A stretch of DNA of 63,427 nt from Hydrurus foetidus (taxonomy: Eukaryota). Position 1 is the stretch's first letter. Each line of letters opens with the position of its first letter. A program made the translations under genes and the position numbers. The notes beneath the pieces were generated by a model. That model had not been told where the DNA came from. It did no database searches and saw only the letters and a program-made list of their open reading frames with translations. The DNA is taken from NCBI GenBank assembly GCA_900617105.1, contig UYFQ01000438.1:1-63427 (forward strand), written 5' to 3'. Positions 49,612 through 61,295 of this stretch are shown here, piece after piece.

Positions 49612-52600
49612 ATGGAACGCAACCTCAATGAGGAAACAGACTCTGACTCGAGCATTTTGTCCGAGGATGTGCTAGTTTCTTCGTATCCTGTGAAACCCAG
49701 GAAGACACCAAAGGTCATGATTCCTGTGAAGCCCTTGAACACTGGCCCCACAGATGTCGAACGCGAATACGATGGAAAGACCGTTGATCAGACACTATCA
49801 TTCCTGGACGCTGTGAGGAGATGCAAGAAGGATTTGTACACTGCAGAATGCGAAAGAGAGCGACTTGAAGATCAGAATATGGTAAGAACAACGGCATATT
49901 CTGAAATATGGTATCTCTCCTTTGCATCAAAAGATTGATGTTGATGAGACTTCTCTTGCATCACTTTTGACAGTCATATCGGTTGAGCATCGATGATACT
50001 TCGAAGAGATATCGCCAAGTGAAGCAAGATGAGTGCAATTATTTTAGAGTTATTCAGGGCTTCCATACTCAAGCACTTCGTTTTCAAATGGGATTAAATC
50101 GTCAGAATGCAATGCTGTATGATGTTCTGATTGCACTACAGCGTCGCAAAGATGCAGCAAATAGCATCGCAAATGAGACTATTAAGTTGAAGAAGACGTT
50201 GGCGGCAAATCGTGACGTACTGATATCTTCAACCGCTGCAACTTATGAGGAAACCGCCCAAAAGAATGTTCTTCTCGAGACAGCAGTATTGGTAGTTGAT
50301 TTCAAGAAAAGTGGTGGGCAGATAACGTTATTCAAAGATCAATGGATAACGACTCCAATGGGTGATGGGATGATTCTATCCATACAGCCAAATGCTGATA
50401 AAGTGGTAATTCAACTACCATTCGGAAAGTTATACGCTAATCTTAAGCGTGTCGTATGTTGGGGTAGAAATGGGGCATCGCCTCAAGTGCTAGAATTAAG
50501 TGGAGATGTTGTTCTGTGTCATAAATGGAATGCACTACAGGAGACTTTCTCAATGAAGCCTGAGGTGGCGAGAGGAATACGTGAGTTGGTGGGACAGGGG
50601 GACGATGAGGCTGTGACAGACAAGGACGATGATAACTCTAATGACGATTTCTCACCTACTGATAATGTGATTGAAGATCAAAATAGCAATGGAGGTGTGT
50701 CGAATGGCGTGCTGAGTAACGGTCATGCGGAGAGGGACAGATGTGACGGACAGTCGGACATACCCACCTCACTCCTCTCCAGCGTTCTCAATGGCGCAGA
50801 CAATGCATCATCTCTATCTTCAATGCCATCCTTTCCTCTTAAGGGATACGCGAGATCATCTGCCAGCGCAGTCCCTGTTATTGGAGGAGGGCCTCTGTCT
50901 CGCCAATCTCTACGTATTGTGTGCTCTAACAATGTTTCTTCCGAAACCGCACTCAATCAGCACAGAGAAGCGTCCAGTACTCTACCACTCGTATTTGCAT
51001 CACCTGGTGCGCATACACATGCATACTCTCACTTGTGCACTTTGTTCCACTGATTCAGTAGTGCATGAATCGTCCCTGACTCACTGCCTCTCACACAAAC
51101 AAAAACACACATGCACCCTCTATCTCTGTCACGCAACCAACCGTATTTCTAATTTATGAAAAGATTCGCCAACTTACTTGTACACTCACTCATTATCGTT
51201 TCTGTCCCGTACGCTTACCAAATCACTATCTTCGATCACTTAGAATGCAATCAATGGTCTATCATCTCCAATCTAAACAATCTCATAGTATACACAAACC
51301 CATGTCTCACAAATTCACTAACTTATCCCACAATGCTACTTTTTTGTTGCAGCTGCGCTACCTCATATGATCGAGAAATCTCAAGCTACCGAGGTGTCTG
51401 AAGTACGGTACTGCCAACACGCCCTCTCAGGTGGGGGACAAATAGGGACAGTGGGATCTCTTGCTTGGGAAGGCGACACTATAGAAATGAGCAGGTAGTA
51501 TATTGTGCACGTGTCTTCACTTTAATTTTATCATTTTTCATGTTCTCAGGTTTTTTGTCACGTTTTGAATCATTTTGATGCGAAGTTCACCGCATTTACG
51601 TTAATATTAATCTCTCAATTACTCATCTTTCAATATACAGGGAGCTTTTAACGCTACAGGAAGAAATCAATAAATTAGAGAATGAGCAAAATCATTATAT
51701 AGGCCAGGTATGATTCACCTTGCTATTTTATATTCTAGCTAAACCATTTCTATCAATTTGGTAATGGTTAGGATTGCTGGTTGTTTTCAAAGCAGCTTTT
51801 ATGCCACATTTACTTATTATGATGACGACTGTGTTTAGTACAACTTAAGAGTTGAATGACATCAGTGATCTGCTAGACGCTCTAGTTTATTTGATATTTA
51901 TCAACTTCTACCGTATAGATTCAATCCGTACGTTCAAGATGCGCGCAGCTGTCGACTGACACATCCGGTCTACGTCTAGCCGTATTCACACGCAGAGTCA
52001 GACACAGGTAACCACACAACTCTACATCACACCACAACTTATCTAACCCACTACACTACACCACACCACACCACACCTTATCTAACACACCACACTACAC
52101 CACACCTTATCAACTACACTACACCTGGACAGCATCGCACCACACCACACCACACCTTTCTATGCCCACCCACTGCAGCACACCAAATGCATATCACACT
52201 TCACACCACACCACACCACACCTTATCTAACCCACCACACTAGACCACACCTACTCAAACACACCACTAGACCACACCAGACCACACCTTATCCAACCTC
52301 CACTGCACCACACCATACCACACCTAATCGAACACACCACTCTACACCAGACCACACGACACTGGGACCCCACTACACTAACCACACCAAACCACACCAC
52401 ACCAAACCACACCACACCACACCTAATCGAAGACACCACTCTACACCACACCACACCTTTTTATCGAACACCCCACTCTACACCACACCACACCTGCTCT
52501 AACACTCCACCACACCACACCACACCACACCTTGTCTAACACACCACACCACCACCACACCACACCACACCTAATCGAACACACCACTCTACACCACACC

Positions 52601-54759
52601 ACACCTTATCGAACACACCACTCTACACCACACCACACCACACCTTATCGAACACACCACTCTACACCACACCACACCTTATGAACACACCACACTACAC
52701 CACACAACACCACACAACACACCACTTACACCACACAACACCCACCGACATCACACACCACCACACCACACTACACCTTGTCTAATACACCACTCTCCAC
52801 CACACCACACCACACCTTATCTAACCCACCACACTACACCACACCACACCTAATCGAACACACCACTCTACACCACACCACACCTTATCGAACACACCAC
52901 TCTACACCACACCACACCTAATCTAACACACCACACTACACCACACCACACCACACCACACCTAATCTAACCCACTACACCACACCACACCCCACACCAC
53001 ACCACACCACAACAAACCACACCACACCACACCACACCACACCTTATCTAACCCACCACACTACACCACACCACACCACACCTAATCGAACACACCACTC
53101 TACACCACACCACACCTTATCGAACACACCACACTACACCACACCACACCTAATCGAACACATCATCCACTACAATTCACCTTATCGAACACACCACTCT
53201 ACACCACACCACACCACACCTAATCGAACACACCACTCTACACCACACCACACCTTATCGAACACATCACCCTACACCACACAACACCACACCTAATCGA
53301 ACACATCACTCTACACCACACCACACCACACCTTATCTAACACACCACTCTACACCACACCACACCGCATCTTTCTGATGCACCACCGTACTGTAGCACA
53401 CCAATGCAGTCTAAAGTATAAAGGAAGTAGAACCAATATTCTTATTGCACTCACGCACGTCACTCTAAAAAACGCCTCCTCTAATCAATTTTCTATATAC
53501 CCCTTAATATGCATGTAGGAACAACATGAATACGCACATGTTGAGCAATCCTATGCACACGATGACGTCATCAACTCTGCCAAATGCGTATGCGAATATC
53601 CCCACTGCTGAATCGTGTGCGGAGAATTTGAGTATCGGAATAACGGTTCCTGCAAACACTTTAAGGTCTTCAAGAGGAAATGGCGTGCCTGTAAAAGGTA
53701 CGGTATTGTGTTTATTTAGTATTACGTTTGATGAGTTCTTTCTTTATCACTGCACTGCACCACACTGCTCTTGACTTCTCTTCCTCTTCTCAATCCACTT
53801 CACATCACTGCATCTTGTCACTTCTCATCTATTCTCTCCTATATCTTTCACATCTCTATCTCTTGGCGACCCTCTTCACTTCTATCTTTTCTCTTCCTTT
53901 CTTTTCATTTCTCCTCTCATTCTTTTACTTACCCTCATCACATTATATCACTTCACTCATCTTCTCCTTCCTTCTCCTCCCTTGAATTACCCACATTACA
54001 TTTATCACATCAAATCACATCACATCAGATGAACCTGGTCTACTCGGCTCCAGTAGAAGTAGTACGAGACTAGTCAACTCCCTCCCCGCCGGTGCTCCCG
54101 GATCTAATTCGCCATCCCCCGAGGGGTTAGAAAAAGGGGGGGCGCGGACGGGGAGTGATTTAGTAGGAGACTCAAACGCCGCATTTGGTGCGTCCCGTAA
54201 GAGGGGAAGGGAACCGACTCCCACTGCTGAAATTATTACGTCATCAAGAAGAAGGTTAGAATGTTCAAAAATGTTCTTTCCATTTCATTTTTCCGCACGC
54301 GTACATATGATTGTTTATCTGAAAGTGCAGTTTCAATAAATGTCTGTATTATTTCTGTATGCGGACTGTTCATCTCATGGCTACTGATAAGCACGTTTGG
54401 AGAATGTTCTTTGTCTACATGATATGTAGCATTACAAGATTGCATTCCGCTATACTAAATCAAATAACATTTTTTTCTTCTGATTTCTTAGGAATGTTCC
54501 GAATTCTTCGTTGAATGACACGGACTACGATCCCAAAGAAATGCGAAAAAATGGTGCGCCATCATCAAGCGCTGGTATGGAAGAAGATGAGGAAGAAGAA
54601 GAGGAAAGAATCAAAGAGGAGGTGGGCAGTCAAGATTTGGATGATGAAGAGAACGAGATAGAGCTGGCGCCAACCGGTGCCGCATTTGGCCGGGGGGGTG
54701 CGCGGGTTGCTGGTGGATTCGGTGCAAAGAAGAAACCTCGGAAACAGAGACGTGTATGA
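49612..54759 (+). CDS. Multi-exon hypothetical protein (coiled coils, TPxGxG beta motif, acidic/basic tail)
   Basis: ORF segments 49612-, 49983-, 53526- and 54511-54759 plus small GT-AG bounded exons at about 51352, 51641, 51920 and 54030. Motif WITTPMGDGMI...VVIQLPFGKLY. Confidence 0.6.
52010..53370. repeat. Intronic (CACCA)n-based complex satellite
   Basis: CACCA pentamers punctuated by CCTTATCGAA/CCTAATCTAA, giving 30-40-bp higher units. Confidence 0.95.
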
Positions 54760-55563
54760 CACCTGGTAGTACAACATAGTACAGTATTAAGTAGTGTATA
54801 GTGTAGTTTCTACAATAAATAGTGTATTCTCTCAGTCAAATCAAAGCACATCAAATCAAATCAACATGAGTGGATTTTTTTGGCCGGATTACGGCTGATT
54901 TATAGCGCATCCTCTTATACGGTGTAATTATTACACTTAACTTTTAAGAGCTTCAAGTGATTCCGCTCCATAAGTGCGGTGAGAACATCTCAACTGTAAG
55001 TTGTTTTTTGTTTTTCTTCAACACATACGCACGCACACACACGTACTCGTGCCGGAAGGAGCCAGACAAAGTGCGGCCGTATGATAACTTACTAATAACT
55101 CACATGTCCTAGTGAGTGTATTGAAGAGATTACATGATATTCACTTGGATGTGAACCGTGGAGGTTATCTCCACGGTAATCATTGTCATCTCCAGTATGA
55201 CAATGAAATCCAACCGCTGAAAATCACGAAATTGTAACAGTAACCATAGATGGAACATTCTGTACGCGGCATGACGAGGAATATTGAAGAAAGGCAGCTA
55301 ACTTGTGACTGCCTTCAGTTACTGAATGCTTCAAAACTGAAAAATATACGATCTAACTGAGTGCAGGAGCGTCAAATTTATCGAGTGGAATTTTTCTAGC
55401 ACCACAATGGCGAGAACGAAGAGACTACCTTTGTTACTGGTGACGCTAGAAGTAATGATGAAGAAAATTTTACGAAAGAATATCTTAATTTAATTCAATT
55501 AGAGGTGTACGGTGATGTGAAGACTGCTGTACGAACGTTCGCTACGCGTTATCATCATCTATG

Positions 55564-55707
55564 CAAGGGGGTATAAAAGGAGAGGGGGCGGTCTCGAGAC
55601 CCATCCCCACTCAAATTTTTCTCACCAATCCTTCATTGGTGAGAAAAATTTGAGTGGGGATGGGTCTCGAGACCGCCCCCTCTCCTTTTATATTTTATAC
55701 CCCCTTG
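55564..55707. mobile_element. 144-bp palindromic MITE related to the 31080-32848 element
   Basis: TIR CAAGGGGGTATAAAAGGAGAGGGGGC; almost wholly palindromic. Exact 7-bp TSD ATCTATG at 55557-55563 and 55708-55714. Confidence 0.92.
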
Positions 55708-56044
55708 ATCTATGGCAGCTCTTCAAACAAAGTATGACATCATTCACGTTTCTAGGTGAATCGGGAATCCTGAAACCTGTTGAGATGACGCTTTTAGGCC
55801 CCCCAAAAAGTTTGTGCGGTGGTTTGTCCGTTGTCCGACTTTAGACCCCTCAAAAATTTCGGACCCCCCAAATTTCTTGTGTGTGTTCGGTAAAAAGTTT
55901 CCACAGGAAATCACAGTTTTCAGTTTTCAGAAGTTGAAATCGCCCCGTCCAAAAAAATGAAGGTTTCAGTCAAAATTTGAAAGTCTCTCATCAATACTCT
56001 TCGATCACAGCTTCGCGTTGACGAAGCTTCGCAACACATACGGA

Positions 56045-57153
56045 CTAGTGAAAACAATGCTCGCAACATTTCTTATGTACCTTCCGGACTTCATTCAAGA
56101 TTGTATCAGTACTTACGACACTGTGAGCGGGCGACAAAGTTACGTGATGTCCACTTTCTAAGATAAAACCAAGGATTTCTACACTATTGAGGAAGTCATG
56201 ATATTTAGTCGTGCTATCAGGGAAGAGTAGGAGGAGCGTAATAGTATTGGGACCAGTTCCGAAACAGAAGGGTTGCATGTTTCAGTAGAGAGATTGCAGA
56301 CGGAATGCATGAAAATAAGAACTGAGAATAGAGAGACTTAAGTGCTCAAGTTACACAGTAAAAAGAGGAATCAAGACGAACTAATGCTCTTCTACACAAT
56401 ATGGAAGTAAAAATGGGCACCTTGATTGGTCTCATCTCAAAGCTGAAAATCAGTCCATCTAAGAAGCGTACTTACAGTGAGGAAGCACCGACAATTGACA
56501 CAATCTCAAATGAGAAGGAGATGAATGTGAATATCGATACAAAGGAAGCTGTTGTAGTAACACAACAGTCCTACATTGTTCACAGATTTGGAATGGACAA
56601 CAACAAAGTTGTCGCCCAGGTGACCCTTGCAGACCTGCTATTACTATCTTACTCGAAGGGGTTCATTTATTACGCCACTGAAAGAGTAAAAGGAACACAT
56701 CAGAACTTCGAGTCTTACACTGGAGTAACCCCCGTCATTCTCAGATCTGACGAGGTCAGAGTGAGGAACGCTTTATCGCCTCTGAGCAAGTACACCACAG
56801 ATGTCAGGAAGTCGGTGCTTGCAAAGAAAATGTCGCTTACTGATGTAGCCACATGGAATCAAGAAAGAAATAGAATAGCCCTAGCCATTCAAGAAGATAT
56901 CATCGATGCATTGTGTGACGAAGAGAAAATGATGGCTACAAAGATGATTGCAAAAGCGTCGAAACGATCCGCGAGTACCATCAGTACAGTCATGGGGAGA
57001 TATGATAAATTGGCGATAGACACAAAGATGGTGACAAATAAGAAATTAAAATCTCAAATGTCTAACTTTTTATCAAAGAAACAAACAAAGACAACATTGG
57101 CTTCATCATCATCATCATCATCATCACCATCATCAAAATCAACTTCCAAGTAA
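56045..57153 (+). pseudogene. Decayed C-terminal paralog of the Crypton-like gene
   Basis: The plus-strand frame from 56045 reads LVKTMLATFLMYLPDF...*...IFSRAIREE*EERN, similar to LFATLLMYLPEM...EWSKMVKVRFDHRN in the intact gene. It continues into ORF 56401-57153, which also ends in poly-Ser. Confidence 0.55.
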
Positions 57154-57485
57154 TTGCAGTCACTCTCCTTTGCTTGTATCTGCGTCTCTATAATATGTCA
57201 TAATACATACATATCGTAATTTTTCATGCACTTTCCAAGTGAAAAACATTCTATACAATCTTTTCATGTCATGTCATATGCAGTAATTAATTCAATATAA
57301 TTCAGCAACACTGAAGTTCACATCGATTTACATAGCAACAAACTCGAAATGCCGTACTTCATGAGAATTCACAAGAAAAAGATGGATTTCACGTTTTCTT
57401 TGATGGCATCTACTCATTACAAGAATTGAAACTTCCGTACACTACGTGTACTGGACCGTACCAGTGGGCAACGAAACGTGGTATG

Positions 57486-58076
57486 CAAGAAAACGTGGTA
57501 GCCGACCCCGGGAACCCCCATAACTTTCTCAATAATGCTTCAAATTCATTTTTGAAAAAGTTGTTACCAGCAATTCGGCTGCCTCTCATTCATTCCTGAA
57601 TTTTGAAATTTTATTAATGATGTGCTATATTCTCAAATCGACAAATACAGGAAATGGCACTTCTTATATTTCGTTGTCCAGAAGTTTTCAACACTTCGTA
57701 GATAGTGCATCGTGTAGAGAATACCTTATTTAGTCATGAGCCGCGAGGGTTTTATTTGAATCACGATACTCATTGAGATGCAATGATATATGTGGTGAAA
57801 TTTCAGTGAAAATTTCCGTATTTCACGAATATTTTACGTTTTCTTTGCAGAAATCATAATCTACGAAGTGTTGAAAACTTCTGGACAACGAAATATAAGA
57901 AGTGCCATTTCCTGTATTTGTCGATTTGAGAATATAGCACATCATTAATAAAATTTCAAAATTCAGGAATGAATGAGAGGCAGCCGAATTGCTGGTAACA
58001 ACTTTTTCAAAAATGAATTTGAAGCATTATTGAGAAAGTTATGGGGGTTCCCGGGGTCGGCTACCACGTTTTCTTG
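57486..58076. mobile_element. 591-bp foldback element with 218-bp inverted arms
   Basis: Arms 57486-57703 and 57859-58076 with no mismatch seen by eye, CAAG...CTTG ends, 155-bp spacer, no TSD found. Confidence 0.8.
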
Positions 58077-58239
58077 AGGTTTATCAAGGTCGTTTCACGC
58101 CAAATCCCTTTGGGGACGGTGTGAAATTTCAAACTTGCTTGAATACCCAACATATCACAGAGTACCTTGCAGGTACGATGATGATTGACAACGATATCAT
58201 ATCTTGATAATCATCCTGTTGAAAGTGGTCAATTCTAAG

Positions 58240-60752
58240 ATGTCCCAGAATCCGGAACGTAACATGGCAGCCGTAGAGTATAGAGAGATGCCAACAATTG
58301 GTTCCTCTAGAGCCACTGTGGCTGGTAGAACTTCTGCCATGGTACACTGCGACAGCTTTTGTTTGAAAAAACAGATCGGCCTCGATACAAGGGGAAATGC
58401 CTCTAGCGACAGATTGTCAGAAGAGATTATCTGTCAGCAGTCTTTCTTTAAGGAGCTCGCAACTTACCTTTGCGAGCACGCAATATCTAAAACAACTGGT
58501 CTGCTTCTGAAAGGTACAACAGCGATGCAGTATCTTTCGGCAGCCAAAGAGTTCGCGCATAACAAGTTTCCAAACAATCCTCTTTGGATCGAAAGGTCTC
58601 TCGATCAGTGGTACCCTTATCTACGAGTCGCAGTCGACAGAAATTGTCGTCGTAGACAAATTGCAACTGGACAACCCATATCGGAGAGCTCTTTGGCACT
58701 GGGTAGAACCATACTTACAGCAGTTAGTGAAACTTTCATGCAATGTGGATCAGCGGAATCCATGAAGCGTCGTCTAGCTATTCTCATGACTTTTCATGCA
58801 GTTGGTAGAGCAGGAGAGTCAGCATGCTCAACATGGACATCTGCTGTTTGGGACCGAGACCTTGGCAATCTCCTGATAAATTGGAATGAGCTAAAGACTG
58901 GTAAGATTGTCGTATTTGCAAGTCGTGAAATCTTTTTTTACAAATTCTGTTTCTCAATGATATTAGGTGACTCCGATCCGATGAACTTTTTCTCCGACGT
59001 GTCGTCGATGGATATTGATTTTTATCATGCCATGGCCTGCTATCTTATCATGGGTGGGGGAAACGCTAAACTTAGCCGAGGGGATGAGTCAAATTGGATA
59101 TTTCCCGATCTTGCAAGAAATAAAGACTCTGCTTCTTCTTTGGTGACAAAATACATTCGTGAAGCCCTGGCTGACTGCCCAGACAAATCTCTCTCAGGAT
59201 GCAGTCAGGACTATGAAGGGACATCGTTAAGGTAAGTCTCTTTAGCACACTGACTAATCTATTTCTACCTTTAATTTAATACTATGACGTAGGGTGGGAG
59301 CAGCCAATCTCTTGGCATGTCATAAGACGACTAGATTTATCGATATCATTCTTCGTGGAGGCTGGGAAGCGAAAAGCATGAGTCGAATGTTTATCTACAT
59401 CGAGGGGGTCTTGCATCCAATTTCTTGTGCTGGTAGAGCGCTGGCTGGTTGGCGAGATTCTCATACAAATGTTTTTCAACCTGAGTGCTATTTCATTACG
59501 CAGTCGAATGAAACGCAGGTCTCAAATCTCATCATGAAGCTTTTTCAGTGCTCTGTACGTGACATGCACACTCGCGGAAAGTTATGGCCTCTCGCCCTCT
59601 GCCTCTTCGCTACTCTACTGATGTATCTACCTGAGATGCGCAGCAGATATCCTAATCACGGAGTCTCCCACGTACTCATGGAGAAGTCTCAAGAATGTGA
59701 CATAAGATTGGGACAGTTATTGGAGTGGAGTAAAATGGTGAAGGTTCGATTTGACCATCGCAATATGGAGGCTACGCTTGATGAAGGACAAAGCCTTATC
59801 CCTGTGCTCCTTGAGCGTATTGTCATACTAGAAAAAAATGCCAAGGCAAGTCATGAGGTATGTACTAATCTCGTCTATAATCAATTATTCAACGTCAGCT
59901 GTAGTGTGACTTTGTAATCTTAAACCGTAGATAATCGCGGAGATGGCAGCTACAATTCAATCGATGAGTGGCCTACTACATGACATCGATCGTAAAGTGA
60001 GCAACAGTAACTATACTGCAAACACAAGATCAGCACCGCGAAGTTCGGTCGCAGGACGGAAGAGGCTAGTCGAGCAGAGTTCCGTTACCGCTGAAATCGA
60101 TGCCACTGACAACATCATCCCACCTGTTCCGGTTGTTCTGTTCACAGACCGCTTTCGACAAGCAACAGATGGATACAACTCTCTGACATTAAGTAGCAAG
60201 CCTACAGAGGCATTCCTGTACGACTGGTATGCAAAATGCTTGGGAGTGACTAAGGGAAGCACAATTGTGCTAACAGCAAGCTTATGGGCATCAGCTGTCG
60301 GTAACAAAGTTTCAACAGATAATCAGGGTGATGCTAAATTGATTATAAAGCTCTCTACCATGCTCACAACAGCTGCTCAATTAGCAGTCCTGGTGGGACC
60401 CAAGCCCGATGCGTCAAAAGACGCCAACTACGGAATCTGGGAGATGAAGATGAAGAGAATATGCAAGACAGTCACCGGGTTAATGAACGATTTCTTAATC
60501 ATGAGGGAAGGTAAAATCGGTAACGTCAAAACTCTCACTGTAGGAGCAATGGCAAGACGCTGGAAGATTGTGAAATTCTCAGCGCCAACAGCGGTCGAGC
60601 TCGTAGATCTATCAGCAGCTAAACAGAGAATTCATACTACTAGCAGCAGCAGCTCTGCAAGTGGCCCCACTAGCAGCTCTAGCAGCAGCTCTAGCAGCAG
60701 CTCTAGCGATACAAAACAACATAAGAAACAGTGTAGTCCAGATAGGAGGTAG
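58240..60752 (+). CDS. Crypton-type (CryptonS-like) tyrosine recombinase, 4 exons, about 770 aa
   Basis: Introns 58901-58966, 59232-59292 and 59858-59930. Motifs VGRAGE (R), ELKTG (K), GTSLRVGA (box II), LRGGW, MFIY (Y) and AGRALAGW. No reverse transcriptase is linked on this strand. Confidence 0.78.
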
Positions 60753-60938
60753 GTCGATAGAGGAAAGGTGTTAGTTAGTTACAGGCTCTAAGCTAGAAGC
60801 TAGGATAACTTCTACGAGTAGGCTAGAGCTAGCTAGCAGCTGCGCTAGAGATGTATGTGTACAGTAGGCGGTAGGATCGGATGGATCGGGACAAGGTCCG
60901 GTACGGCCCGTAGGCCCGGTATAGCCGGTCCGACCACA
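60732..60938 (-). repeat. Putative 3' LTR (about 207 bp)
   Basis: TGTGGTC...GACTACA imperfect terminal inverted repeat directly after the purine tract. Confidence 0.78.
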
Positions 60939-61295
60939 TCACCCCCACTTATCTTTTTTTCTGAAGAAAAAGAACCTATGACGCGACCACCACGTTTTGT
61001 ACAAAAATCTAATACAACTAAAACTAACTAAACGGAGAATAAAGAAAAAGATTACAAATATGTAAATCTTATAATACATTAAAAATGTAAAAATAAAAAT
61101 AAAATAAAAATCTATACAAATAGACTGGGTGGTGGGTCGGTCAAGGTGATAAGGTGGATGCCTAGTACCATGTACTTGCGCACGAGACCTCGATACGTAA
61201 TTATGTCAGATTTTTACTGACTAAAACCATAAAAACCTCATAGAGGGAAAAATTAGGAAAAATCTTCAAAAGATAATACGTTCGAGATCAGCAAC

